Source: Chiloscyllium plagiosum (taxonomy: Eukaryota). From it: a stretch of DNA of 64,000 bases. Shown here piece by piece: positions 1 to 12,329 of this stretch (its first letter is position 1; each line of letters starts with the position of its first letter). Made by a program: the position numbers and the translations under genes. The stretch is taken from assembly GCF_004010195.1 (NCBI RefSeq), contig NC_057759.1:7715910-7779909 (forward strand), read 5' to 3'. The notes under the pieces were generated by a model. That model worked only from the letters and a program-made list of their open reading frames with translations, had not been told where the DNA came from and did no database searches.

Positions 1-344
1 CCACCGTCCTTAAATAAGCTGGTGAAGCAGAACTTAAGAAATGCCGAGAAACGGTGCAGGAAAAGGTCAACACACTGGTCATAGGAATGGCACAAGTTTT
101 TGACGGGCGATGTGGCTTGGATAGCTGCTCGTGCAGTTGATTTGAACCTCTCCCCCTACTGTCACCGCTCCGGAGGCTGGTTCTAGAGAAATCGTGGGTT
201 TTGGAATTACACCTGCAAAAAAAAAAGAGGAACAAAATCAAATCCACCATCCTTAAATAAACTGGTGAAGCAGAACTTAAGAAATGCCGAGAAACGGTGC
301 AGGAAAAGGTCAACACACTGGTCATAAGAATGGCACAAGTTTTT
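1..344. repeat. 243-bp-period tandem duplication (intron end + acceptor + 5' part of Ig exon)
   Basis: 1-101 matches 244-344 with 3 mismatches; the left copy continues beyond the window edge. Confidence 0.92.
102..212 (-). CDS. Truncated (duplicated) copy of second Ig-domain exon of LRC/LILR-like receptor
   Basis: Strong acceptor (ttcctc-T12-gcag, AG at 214-213), phase 1. Translates (G)VIPKPTISLEPASGAVTVGGEVQINCTSSYPSHIAR, a typical PKPT-x-S-x-x-P...G-x-x-V-x-I-x-C C2-Ig start. At 101 it runs into duplicated intron sequence and hits TGA at 81-79. Confidence 0.8.
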
Positions 345-379
345 CAAATGATGACATTTGACAAATTTGCTTGTTTAAG

Positions 380-760
380 GAAGTGAAGGCTTAGTGGCAA
401 ATTTTATTGAGATGTTCAAGGTAAAGAAATAATGGGGAGTGATATGTAGGAACTTTTTTTTCCGTTGGCTGCACTGTTTAGAATCAAATGGAAGGTGATG
501 TGCAAAGGAAGCAGAAGGGCTGACGATGAGTTTGGGGCGGGAGAAAGGGCCAATATGACAAGTCATTTTCATCTCTAATATGCTGACTGAAACGACAGCG
601 GTAACAGATCCAATTGAATATTTCAAAAGTGTACTCGAATACGTTGTTGGCAATGAAAGTGGGGGATAATGGGTAAAAGTAGGGAAAGGAAGATTATTTG
701 AAGAAACAGCATTTAAAGACAGAGCCCATTCGCAGAAGCCCTGGATGTCCTTAACTGTGA
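380..760 (+). mobile_element. Decayed CR1 LINE 3' fragment (intronic)
   Basis: Remnants of RLRGDLIEVFK and FFxQRVV coding sequence plus a CR1-like 3' tail. Confidence 0.55.
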
Positions 761-819
761 CGTATTCATTTATTATTTGTATTGGTTTTCTATTTATAAC
801 CTGATTAATTATGTCTTAC

Positions 820-1119
820 CTGTTATGATTAACTCTGTGGGCTCACTGAGACGTGAATATTCCCAAGTCTTGTTGTTGTCGAAGAATTTTTGATATTTAC
901 ACATGTAAGAATTGTGTCCTATTGATGTCCTGTCTTCCCGATTCTTCAAGGTTGCAGCGTGGCTCACGTCAAAGATAGACGAGATTCGATGAGTGTAATT
1001 CCTGTAGAATTCAACATTGCAGCGCGTGAGAGGGAAATGGCAGATCAATAAAAATTCTTCTCCTGGCAGAATTATCTTCAGTGGTGGGTCCACGGTCATG
1101 GTTGGTTGGGGTAGTGCAA
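820..1119 (-). CDS. C2-type Ig-domain exon (D1) of LRC/LILR/IGSF1-like receptor
   Basis: 300-nt phase 1-1 exon, acceptor tcatcatttag, donor AG|gtaaga. Encodes ALPQPTMTVDPP...GEEFLLIC...VEFYR...SYMCKY...WEYSRLSEPTELIITG, with 46 residues between the canonical Cys. The G-strand resembles the LRC motif WSxxSDPLELxVTG. Confidence 0.9.
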
Positions 1120-1189
1120 CTAAATGATGAACAAAACGTAAAACATTTCATACATGATACAACCATTCATTCGTTAATCATTGCAACAT

Positions 1190-1775
1190 GATTCAAGTAC
1201 AGGGGCAGGAGTGTGTTGTTGCAGTTATACAGACCCTTGGTGAAGCCACACCTAGAAAGAAGTTCGTGCTCTCGAGGGACTGTCCTGAAGGTTTAGCAGT
1301 CTCATTCCAGGATACCGGGACTGATGTATGAGGAGAGATTGACTTGGTGAGGATTGCTTTCACTGGCATCCAGATGAAAGTAAAGGGATCTCACGTAGAC
1401 TTATAAATTTCGACCAGGAGTATACAGGGTAGATGCAATGAGGATATACCTGATGGTGCTTGTGTTCAGAAGCAAGAGTCACAAGCTGAATATTCGAGGT
1501 ACACCATTTAGGACTGTAATGTGGGAATACTCCTGCACCCAAAGATTGGTGAGCCTGTGGAATTAATTACCACTGGAAGTAGTTGATGCCAATGCATTGA
1601 ATGTGTTCAAGGGGCAGCAAGTGCAGCATATGGGGCGAATGGGATCAAAGGTTACGGAGAGAAAGCAGTGTTAGGCAAGAGAGTTGGAAGGTCAAGCATG
1701 ATCGTGATGAATGGCAGAACATGCCCAAAGGACAGAATGGCTTCCTCCTGCTCCTATCGGCTATGATTCTATGCT
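1190..1775 (+). mobile_element. CR1 LINE 3' fragment
   Basis: LLQLYRPLVKPHLE remnant at ~1210-1256; tail cctcctgctcctatcggctatgattctatg. Confidence 0.75.
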
Positions 1776-2299
1776 TGACTGTGTCAGCCTCATCCACGAT
1801 TATTGTTGCCGCATCCACAATGTTATAATGTGCATCTGACAGTGCAAAACTTAGGATCTAGCAGGAAATAGAACATATTGTGTTGATTTCCATCAGAAAA
1901 CTAAAATGCCACAAGTCCGAAATGAACGTAAAACGTCCTGAAGAAACTGAACAGATGTGATAGCATCTGTGGAGTGAGACACAATTGAAATTATTGCAGT
2001 CTTCTTTGACATCTACAGAATAGAAATGTTCTCCCACATTTTTGAAGATAGTAAATCTGCAATTATTTCAATGAAGTGCAGGAATAAGGCGGGCCTGTAA
2101 ACCTGCATTTGCGTCAATGCCAACAGTGGGACTTTCAATTGAATCGGCTTCAGAAGGTTAAGGTGAGTTGAAGAAGGAAATAATGAAGCACACAAGTTCA
2201 ACATGTTTCAATGAAAGGGTGCAAGCATCAATATTGAGGGATGCACAGTATTGGATTCGGAGAAAAGAAAGTGTGTTATAGCAGAGGCCGAGTGTTTAA

Positions 2300-4100
2300 A
2301 ATAGCTAAATGAGATGTTATTTTAAGACAGCTAAAATGTGATATGAAAGATTACTTGCAGTTAAAGGAGTAGGAAATACCAAGTTCACTTACAGGTGTAC
2401 TAAGGGTAAAAGGATACACTGTTTTGAGAGAAAAAATAGGGCCTGATAAGAATCTGGTAATTCGTGCATGGAGCTAAAGGGTGTTCCGATATTTCGAAAT
2501 AGATACCTTATGCTGGTGTTCACAGGTGAGAACGATGATGTGTTACAGAAATCAAGGAGCATGTCTCTGGTGGAATTAAAAACATTAGCATGATCAGTGG
2601 TGAGGTTCTGTGTGAATGTAGAACAGAAAAATCCAGGACAGGATGAAATGCATTGCACGTTGTTGACTGGGGCGCTTGTGGAATTTTCAGTTGCTCTCTG
2701 ACTACAGGAGAGATATTAGATGACTGTAGAACAGTCAATGAAGTTTCGAAATTCAAGAGGGAAGCAAGAGATTAAAGAAACAGTGAGTCTTACCTCGCTG
2801 TTGGGAAACTGTTGGAACTAATTCTGAGAGACAGAATTACTTTACATTTCGAAAGGGAGGGATTAATCAAGAGCAATCAACATTATTTTGTTATGCAGCC
2901 TTCATGGCAGACCAACTGGATTAAGATTTTTTTGTAGAGATGACCAGTGGTGTAGATGACAGAAATACTTCTAATATAATGTTCTTGGACTCCGAAAGGC
3001 TTTTGATGCATTGGATACTCATAACAAAGATAGCGGTACGTGTGCTCCAAGGATATTTGACAACATTAAGCTAGAATTAGCTAATGGCAGGCAAGAAAGT
3101 ATGATGGTTGAAGGATGTTACTTATCCAATTGGAGTCTGTGTTAGGGGGTCCCACATGCGTCAGGTTTGGTGGCCTTGGTGTTTGTGGAAAAGAGCTGGA
3201 CTGGAATACAAACAAAGGTGAGGTTCTAAAAGTTGAAGAAGATATTTTAAGTTTACAGAAATGTACAGACAAGCTGGTCAGATAGGCTGATCAGCGCCAA
3301 ATCGAATTCAATCCAAGAAAAAGAAAATGTGGAGGATATACCCTTTGTATGTCAAACAATGTAAGGAGCATGTGTTGAACGGTAGGACACGGAATGGAAC
3401 CAAAGATCAGATGGTCATTGACCTGCTTGTATACTTAAGGTATCAAGACAGTACAATAAAGTTGCTGAGAAGACACATGCCATAATTTCCTTTCTTGACC
3501 AAGACATAGAAAGAAATTGCAGAGACGATATGCTGCAAAGGCAGAAAACGTTGGGTAGACAACAGCTCGGATGCTAAATGCAGTTCTGAAATTTAAATTA
3601 TAGAAGGGTGCGACCACACTGAAGATGGTTCAGACAATCTGAAAAAAGGCTTTGCTTGGTCTACAGAGGATTAGTTATGAAGAAATATTAGACAGTCTGG
3701 GGTCGATTTCCTTATGCCAAATGGAATTGAGAGGGGACATAATTGAAGTGTACCAAATTTTGAGGAACATAAATAGAGTACACAAGAAGAGAGTCATCGG
3801 ATTATTGGAGGAAACAATGATAGATTTAAGATTATGGTAGTGTAGACTGCTTAGAGGAAATGCGTGGGAAAAAAAGACATGTGGTTAAAATCTCGAACTT
3901 GCTATCTGTAATGTTGTTAAAGACAGAAACACTCATAACATTTCAAAATGTATGTTGATACACATTTGAAATGCCAAAACATGCAATTTTTGGGGGTCTT
4001 GTGCTAGGAAATTGGATTGGCATTGTATAATGGTTGTGTCGACCAGCACTTTCAAGATGGGTCTAAGGACATTTTCTGTGTTATCCATCTCTGTGACTCA
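2300..4100 (+). mobile_element. Decayed CR1 LINE RT region
   Basis: Remnants of KxPGxD, PVSLTSLLGNCLE, Q-x-x-F, KAFD and LRGDIIEVYQIL motifs; tail ctctgtgactcaatg. Confidence 0.75.
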
Positions 4101-7100
4101 ATGATTTCACAGTCTAAAAAAAACGATTCACTCAATTTCCCTTCGTAGTATAATTGCATGATCCAAAGCAGCATTCTTATGAACGTTCATTTTGCTTTCT
4201 TTTACCGCCAACTGCCTAACTTTATCGCAAGCAGATCATTTCTTTGGAAACGTGATTTTGACTCATCAGCAAGGCCAAATTCTAGAAATGACAGCACGCT
4301 ATTTATTAATTAGCGGCTGTATTCCCTGTTTTTCTTGTCGCAAGATATTGTCGCAGAATAAAGAAACTGACATGGCGTCACGGCATCAATTCTGCTTCTT
4401 AAAAGTCACAGATTTGATACATTGTCGAATGAGAGAATTCAGATGGCACTGTCGACGGACCTGTGGAATGAGCTTTTGAAATAATTTAGTTTTCTTTCCC
4501 TCGACTTTGCTGTTCTAATTAGCAATCTATTTCTCTTCTCAAATAAAATACCTCACGCGGTGCATTCCAGAATCTCCCCACGTATTGTGTGCAAAAACAT
4601 TTTATTTTTCTGATGACATTTCCCTTATCAATTAACTGTTTGCAGTTCTGTCCGTTTTCCACATGCACCCACGAGAGGAAGAAGTTTCTCCCGACCTTCC
4701 AGATAATATAATCAAGTGAATAATGAACAGAGCCAGACTGGGTGGGAACGGGTTCAAATCCTAGTTTCGCAACCGGTGAAGGATTAATTCCGATGATAAA
4801 TCGGAAATGCTTCTAGTGTCAAAGCTGTTCTCTGAGTATGGACAAGGCGTCGTTATGTCAATAATTAGATCTATGCGTTTGTGGTTTCACCATAATAAAC
4901 GTAAGTGGAATCAGTTTATGTTGAAAATGTATTCACATATTCTGTGATATTATTAATCTCATACAGCAGGTTGCGAATGCCCTATATTTCTCAAAATGGT
5001 CCCTGTATTGTCAAGTGTTGGGGTTTGGGCAGTGTCGACTGTAGTTAGTTGTGTAATTTCTTGTTCCTTTTTTCTTTGAAGTCACGTTGAGAATATGGTG
5101 TAGTTGGTAAATTGGCTATCAGTTAATTAACTACATCAATATAGGATAATAAGCTGACTTTAAATCTCTGAATTAGAAAAGTATGTGGTATTTTTCCTTC
5201 AAACCTTCTGGGTCACGAATGCCTTTAAAGGAGGTAAATCTGTTGTCCTTGCTAATTCTGACCATCAAATGCCAGAATTCAGCCTAAGTGCTTGGCTTCG
5301 AATTGCATGCTGACACTGCTATGTGTCACAGTGATCAATTCTGTCACTGTGGATAGCCATCTCCCTTAGTGATTTCCTAGTGTCTCTGAGGTGGGCACCC
5401 CGTCAGTGAGGCACACTGATTAAGCTTGTGTGAAGAATTAACGATGCTACCGAAAATGTCTCTCTGAAATGACGACACGCAGAGGAGTTCCTGCATCGCT
5501 GGTATTGAAGTATTGCAATTGATCTTTAATAAACATAAGTGTATATTCTTCTCTCTGAGATGTGATTCCAACTAAAGCAAGCTTTTCGTCAATGGTTTCC
5601 AAAGACCAGAATTTGCTTGGGCTCCTTGAAATCATAATCAATCTGATGCTGCCTTCATGTCAACGTTATTCGTTCTCACCACAGCTCTCTAAATTTCCAA
5701 ATGCTTACCATGAAGAATTCGCAATTTATCTCTGGCCAGTACTGTCTGCAAAATGCATAGTTGTCCAATATAATTACGAATTCAGTTTTATCTGTATCTG
5801 TATGCTCGAAATAAACCAAGCTAATTACTTAATCTTATTCTGCAGGAAAATGTAACACTGGGAATCTTTGAGAAGCATTAGAACTCTTGGAATTGATCAC
5901 ATAGAAATGTAACTAGATAAAGAACCCCTCAAATAATCTAAGGAAGTAAAATTTCACGCCAAAAGCATTTATGTTGTGCATAAGCAACCAGTTTTGAAAT
6001 AGGTGTGAACCAAAAAGATCAATTTAAAGTATTTCAAAGATTTGGCGTATGTACAATGAACCATCTGGACTTCTGCTGCCTTGCATCAGTGGTTAAAGCA
6101 ATAATCAAAAAGTGTGATGCTGGAAAAGCACAGCCAGTCAGGCATCACTGGAAGAGCAGGAGAATCAACGTTTAGAGCATAGGCCCTTCATCAGAAATGA
6201 GGCTTGTGGCCCAAGGGGGCTGCGAGATAAATGGGAGGGGTGGCGCTGGGAGGAATGTAGCTCAGAATGCAAACGCTAGATTACATTAGGGGTGAAGGTG
6301 ATAGATCGGAGAAGAGGTTCAAGTGGTATGTGGGAATGAAAATGGACAGATATGTCAGGTCAAGGGGCCTGTGCTGAGTTGGCTGGTTGTATCTGGGATA
6401 AGGTGGGAACAGGGGAAATGAAGAAATTAGTGAAATCCACATTGATCTCGTGTAGTTGGAGGGTCCAATGGCGGTAGATGAGGCGTTCTTTCTCTAGACA
6501 TCGGCTGTTTAGGGTTAGGAGGTAGAAGAGGCCTAGTTCTTCCATGTCCTTAGAGGAAGTGAAGGGGAATTTAAAGTGTTTATCTACTGGGTGGTGGCTT
6601 TTTTCATGTGTATGTCCCAGAGATCTTCTCTGAAACATTGAACAAGTTGGCATCCTGTCTTCCGAATATAAAGTAGACCAGATCAAAGCAACTGACAGGG
6701 TAGATGATGTGTGTGGAAGTACAGGCAAGTATCTCTCGGAGGTGAAAGGATCCTTCGGTGCTTTTTGTGGAGATAAGGGCAAGATAAAGGCGGAGGTTTT
6801 GCACTTCTTGCGGTGTCAGGAAAAATGCTGGGTGTCAACGGTGGGTGGCTGGTGTGCATGCGCCTAACGAGGGAGTCGTGGAGGGAATGGTCTTTCTGGA
6901 ATGTAGATGGGGATGGAGAGGGAAATATATCCCATGAGGGTTTGTTTATAGTGGCAGAAATGTCAGAGGATACTGTGATGCATCAGGAGGTTGCTGGGGT
7001 GGAAGGTGACGACCACCAGGGCTATGCCATTATTCTGATTCGTGTGGTGGGGTTCAAGCATAGACGTGCAGCAAGTGGAAAATGCTCTAGACTGCATTGC

Positions 7101-7857
7101 CGAACGCGTCGCAGGGGAAATTGTGGTCTTTGAAGAAGGAGGTCATCTGCACTGTTCTTTGTTGGAATTTATACTGCTGGGAGCAGATGCGGCTGAGGTG
7201 GAGGAATTGGGTATATAGGATAGCATTTTTACAGGAGGCAGAGTAGGAGGAAGTGTAGTCCAGGTAGCTGTGGGAGCTGCTGGGTTTGTAGTAGCTGTCC
7301 GTGTTGAGTCCGTGGCCGGAAATGGGGATGCAGAGGTCCAGGAAATGGAGTGAGATGTCCAAGATAGTCCAAGTGAAGGTTAGGTCTGGATGGAAGCTGT
7401 GAGTGAAGTTAATGAACTGCTCAAGCTCCTCGTGTGAGCACGAGGTAGCGCCAATACAGTCATCGATGGAGCGGAGGAAAAGGTGGGGATTAGTGCCAGT
7501 GTAGCTCAGAAGATGGGCTGTTCCACGTAACTGACGAAGAGGCAGACATAGCTGAGCCCATGCGGGTGCCCATGGCTAACCTTTTGATCTGGAGGACGTG
7601 GGAGGATTACAAGGAGAAGCTGCAAAGGTTGAGGACCAGTTCATCCAATCGAATGAGAGTGTCAGTGGAAGGCTTCTGGTTGGGTCAGCATAAGAGGAAG
7701 GAATAGCACTTTCTGTGTGGCGCCGTGATTCCATTGATTGAAATACCTGCCTAGTAAATAAGAGCTCTTGGGTTCGCATCACAGTAGCGCCTGCTCGTTG
7801 TCTTTGCGCTTCAACTTCTCACAAGTATCGTGCCATGCAATGCAACATCCTTCATTA

Positions 7858-8619
7858 TGGAGTTCAAGGCAGCTAAAAGGGAGGTGATTCACTTTGGGAA
7901 GAATAATAGGAAGGCAGATTACAAGGCCAATGGAAAGATTCTTGGTAGTGTGGGTATACAGAGGGATCTTGGAGTCCACGTACATCCATCCCTGAAAGTT
8001 GGCATCCAGTTTAATAGTGCTGTTCAGAATGCATACGGTGTGTTAGGTTTCATTGGTCGAGGGATTGAGTTCCAGAGCCGCAATATCATGCTGGAACTAC
8101 ACAAAAGGCTAATGCAGCCTCACTTGGAATATTGTGCATAGTTCTGGTCGCCAAATTTCGGTAATGTTGTGGACACATTGGAAAAGGTGCAGAGGAGATT
8201 TACCAGGATGTTGCTGTTCTGGAGGGAAGCTCTTATGAGGAAAGTTTGAGAAACTTGGGTCTGTTCTCATTGGAAAGAAGAAAGCTAGGAGGGCATTTGA
8301 TAGACATACAAGATTATCAGTCTTTTACCGAGGATGATGACATCAGCTTGTGCAAGGGGGGTGTAACTATAAATTGAGGGGTCATAGATTTAAGACAGAT
8401 GTCAGAGGCATGTTCTTTACTCAGAGAGAAAAGGCGTGGAATATCCTACCTGCCAATGTATTTAATCAGCCAGTTAGGGAGATTTAAACAATCCTTGGAT
8501 AAGCACACGGATAATGATGGGATAGTGTATGGGGATTAGCTGAGAATAATTCACAGGTCAGCGCAACATTGAGGGCCGAACGGCCTGTTCTGCGCTGTTT
8601 GTTCTATGTTCTGTGTTCT
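7858..8619 (+). mobile_element. 5'-truncated CR1 LINE inserted in the Penelope-like element
   Basis: EVIHFGKNN...QRDLGVHVH...HLEYC; 3' tail with gttctatgttctgtgttcta repeats. Confidence 0.9.
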
Positions 8620-9010
8620 AAAAGGATGGCTTGGAGGCCTTTGTCATGATAGATGGATGTGTACAGGGACTCGATGTCAATGGTGAAGATGAGGCATTGT
8701 GGGCCGGGGAAACAGAAGTCATGGTGAAGGTGGAGGGAACGTGTGTTGTTGTGATTATAAGTGGGGTGTTCCTGGACCAAGTGCGACAGGACGGTGTCAA
8801 GGTAGGCGGAGATGAGTTCAGTGGGACAGGATCAGGCGAGATGATGGGTTGACAGGAGCAGTCAGGTTTGTGAATTTGGGTAGGAGGTAGAACCGGGCAG
8901 TCTGGGAGTCCCGGGTTTGAGTTTGGAGGCTATGCGTGGGATGTTTCCTGAGGTGATGAGTTTGTGGGTGGTCTGGGAGTTGGTGATGGGACGTGAGGTG
9001 TTGGTCGGGG

Positions 9011-9430
9011 GGAAAGGAGGAGAAGGTGTCCCTGATGTGGGGCTTGACTCCTGCGAAGTAGAGGTCCATAGGCCAAACTACCACCCCAACCCTGTCTGCA
9101 GATTTGTTGGTGACGTTGGTTTGCAGTGGAGGGAGTGGATGGCTGCGCATTGCAAGGGTAAGAGTTTGAAGTGGTTGAGTGGGATGAACAAGTTGAGGTG
9201 GTCCATTTACAGGCTGCAACGGAAAGGAGGAGAAGGTGTCCCTGATGTGGGGCTTGGCTCCTGCGAAGTAGAGGTCCATAGGCCAAACTACCTCCCCCAC
9301 CCTGTCTGCAGATTTGTTGGTGACGTTGGTTTGCAGTGGAGGGAGTGGATGGCTGCGCATTGCAAGGGTAAGAGTTTGAAGTGGTTGAGTAGGATGAACA
9401 AGTTGAGGTGGTCCATTTACAGGCTGCAAC
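9011..9430. repeat. 210-bp tandem duplication inside PLE
   Basis: 9011-9220 matches 9221-9430 with 4 substitutions. Confidence 0.95.
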
Positions 9431-10482
9431 TGGAAATGAAGACATGGTCGATGCTGCCCTCCAACGTATCTCATCCACTTCCTCCATTTCACACTTGAAC
9501 ACCACCCTTCCATTGCAACAATGACAGAACCCCGCTGGTCTTCACCTTCCATCGCACCAACCTTTGGATACATCACATTATACTCTGCCATTTCCGCCAA
9601 CTACACACAGACGCCACCACCAGGGATATATTTACATCCCCACCCTTATCTGCATTCTGGAAAGACCATTCCCTCCGTGACTCCTCTGTTAGTTACACGA
9701 CCCCACCAATCCACACTCCACTCCCAATATTTTCCGCTGCCATTGAAAGAAGTGCAAAACCTGCATCCACACCTCCCTCCTTAGCTCCATTCAAAGCCCA
9801 AAAGCATCCATCCACATCTGACAGAGAATTGACTGTACTTCAAGACACATCATCTAATGTATTCATTGTTCTCAATGTGGTCTCCTCTACATTGGGGAGA
9901 CAGCATGCTAACTTGTGAAATATTTCAGAGAACGTCTCTGGGACACACGCACCAAACAACCCCACTTCCCTGTGGCCATTCACGTTAACTCCTCATCGTA
10001 CCCTCCCAAGGTCAAGCAAGAACTAGCCCACCTCAGCTGTCAAATCCTAACCACCTATTATCTGGAGGAAGAATGTCTCATCTTCCGACTTGGGACCCGA
10101 CGGCCACAAGGCATCAAAATGGAGTTCGTCAGTTTCCTCATTTCCTCTCTCCCCACCTTATCCCAGATCTAACCTTCCAACTCGTATCAGCCCCCTTGAC
10201 CTGTCGTACCTGTCCAACGTCCTTCCCACATGTCCGCTCCACCCTCCTATCGGACCTATCACTTTCACCCCTTCATCTACTTATCGCATTCTCAGCTACT
10301 TTTTCCCCAGCCACACTGTCCACCTATTTAACTATTGGGCCACAAATTTCATTCCTGGTGAAGGACTTATGCTCGAAACGTCAGTTCTGCTGCTCCTCGG
10401 ATGCTGCCTGAGCAGCTGTGCATTTCCAGCACCACACTGTTCGACTCTATCAAAACAGCATCTCCAGTCCTCATTTTCTCCA
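9431..10482 (+). mobile_element. Penelope-like element 3' part (GIY-YIG + pLTR tail)
   Basis: CIHCSQCGLLYIGET at ~9858-9902, KYFRERL...LEEECLIFRLGT; tail with mutated hammerhead (10351-10385) ending cagcatctccagtcctcattttctcc. Confidence 0.85.
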
Positions 10483-11359
10483 AAGTAATAATCGTTTGGA
10501 GAACAGGGATTTTGTTTTCGTTCCAGCCAGGTTCGTCTGAGTGCACACAGGAAGTATGAACACTTAAATGAACACAAATTGTCTTTGAATCTAATCAAGG
10601 AGTTGGGCGGCTGATAGCCCAGTAACCCTGGAGAAATATGCAGTTGGGCAATGACAGCGCAATTACTAGGGACTATTACTGTCCCAGTGGCACCATTCAA
10701 AGACAAAACGCTAATCCAAGGTTTCATCTCATGGTGGCAAAAAGCTTACGGCAGTTGCGTAAAAATCAGTGCGAATTTAATAACTTTTATTTTGAAAAAG
10801 CACAAAGGCTATGAGGTTTTCCTGAGGAGAAAATATGGAAGCATGGAATTATACAGTACAGAAGATATCTTTTAACACTCCAGTGTAGACTGGCAAAAAA
10901 CACTACGACTGCTCTAGTCTCAGTTTGCACCATTTGGCCCACAGCATTGAATATTATGATACTTACGTGCTCATACAAGTTCTTTTTTTAAAATGCTATG
11001 AGATCATCACCGTGAACTCTAGTTCCAGCCATTGCTTCCGGGTCATTCCATCCTCTTGGTGAAACAAAATCTTCACAAATACCCTGTAAACCTACTGACT
11101 TTCGTTTGAAAGCAGCATTCCCGTTCGTATTAACCCTTAAGCAATGGTGAGTTATTGCTTATTATTCAGTTTCCTCATTCTCCGTCCTCTTATACACAGA
11201 CTATCTAATCGCAAGTTCTCCTCAGATATAATTGTGTAAATCCTAAGATTTGCATCATCTCTGCCTGTTTCTTGTTGAGAGTTATCATTGTCAATACTTA
11301 AACATGTTCGCCAAACAGAAGTATCAGTAAGAAAACAATAGAGAATATGGGTTACTCAC

Positions 11360-11383
11360 AGCCTTGAGCATCCAGCGAGGCCA
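11360..11383 (-). CDS. Probable signal-peptide exon 2 (24-nt mini-exon)
   Basis: Acceptor tttcattttctgtgtaatctattgcag, donor CT|gtgagt, phase 1-1. Joins in frame to give MGVLTTLLMF-VASLDAQG-FALPQPT. Confidence 0.6.
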
Positions 11384-12329
11384 CTGCAATAGATTACACA
11401 GAAAATGAAATTAATTAGAGAAGATCCGAGTTCAAATTGTTCAGATAAAACTGGACAGACAAGAATTGCTGTTAAAGCAGAGAGCTGATTTTTCTTTTTT
11501 TAAGATGAAAGCAGTATGGAGGGAAATGTTGGTAACTGTGTGTGGGGAAGACAAACATATTTTAATGCAGTGAGCGGCTATGTATTTGGACTGCATTGCG
11601 TAAGATTACGTGAAGTATATTGATTCCTGAGTTTAAAGACAGGAACTGCATATATAGAAGAGGAGAATATGATAGTAAAACATGACAGTGGAATTATTTC
11701 AATACGATTCTCAAATATACATGTCACACAAAGTTGGTCAGTGGCTTTTAGTAGTGCTGTATCAATCATTAGTATTCCGATAAAGCAACAGGTAGTGGAC
11801 GGTGAAGATCTCAAGCAGAAACACCAAATTCTGAAAAGGTTTTGTAGATGTGGAAGTGTCTTTGGAGAGAAAACAGATAAAGGTTCCAGAGCAGTGTCGC
11901 TGCTTCAGAATTGACTCATGTTATGGTAGTTGTGAGAGCTGCAGTGAGAGGCCTGAGTGTAATAGGGTTCAAGTGGGCAGAAAGAAAAAAAAACATTATT
12001 CAGTTCAAAGCAAGCTGTTTGTTCTTTTAACACGTAAAGTTTTGTGGTTGTTCAATGTTTGAATCAAAACATCAATTTATCAAGGCGTACTTCAAAGAAC
12101 TTTCACAACAATTCTGAGGTTACAAAATGCCATCGATGATGGTGTTTTACTTTCTTCATGTTGAAAGAACAACATATTCTCGGCAGTCTAAAAACAACAT
12201 CTCATTGGTTGGTCAGTGCCCTGCTAACTCCGTGAGCGTATTCTCAAATTCAATTTAAATGAACATTGTCCACCAATGTAAAAATAGACTTATCCGACAT
12301 TAAGTGCCGTACATTTTCCGTCGATAACC

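Larger units (their letters stand above)
6100..9430 (-). mobile_element. Penelope-like element (RT + GIY-YIG), decayed, interrupted at ~7701-8619
   Basis: SLHFLDL...YYKPSSSHSYLDYTSSY...CKNAILYTQFLHLSRICS (PLE thumb), MGTRMG motif at ~7560-7575, ARFYLLPK at ~8880-8900, GIY-YIG remnant at 6400-6780, and a degenerate hammerhead at 6161-6198. Confidence 0.85.

Noticed and set aside
8818-9600. Long ORFs (191-260 aa) with internal repeats
   Set aside because: They result from the 210-bp duplication in a decayed PLE and are read off-frame.
10490-10727. ORF MKPWISV...SNC...SFKCSY...TW looks superficially like another Ig exon
   Set aside because: Cys spacing is only about 32 aa, there is no good acceptor or donor, and no G-strand motif.
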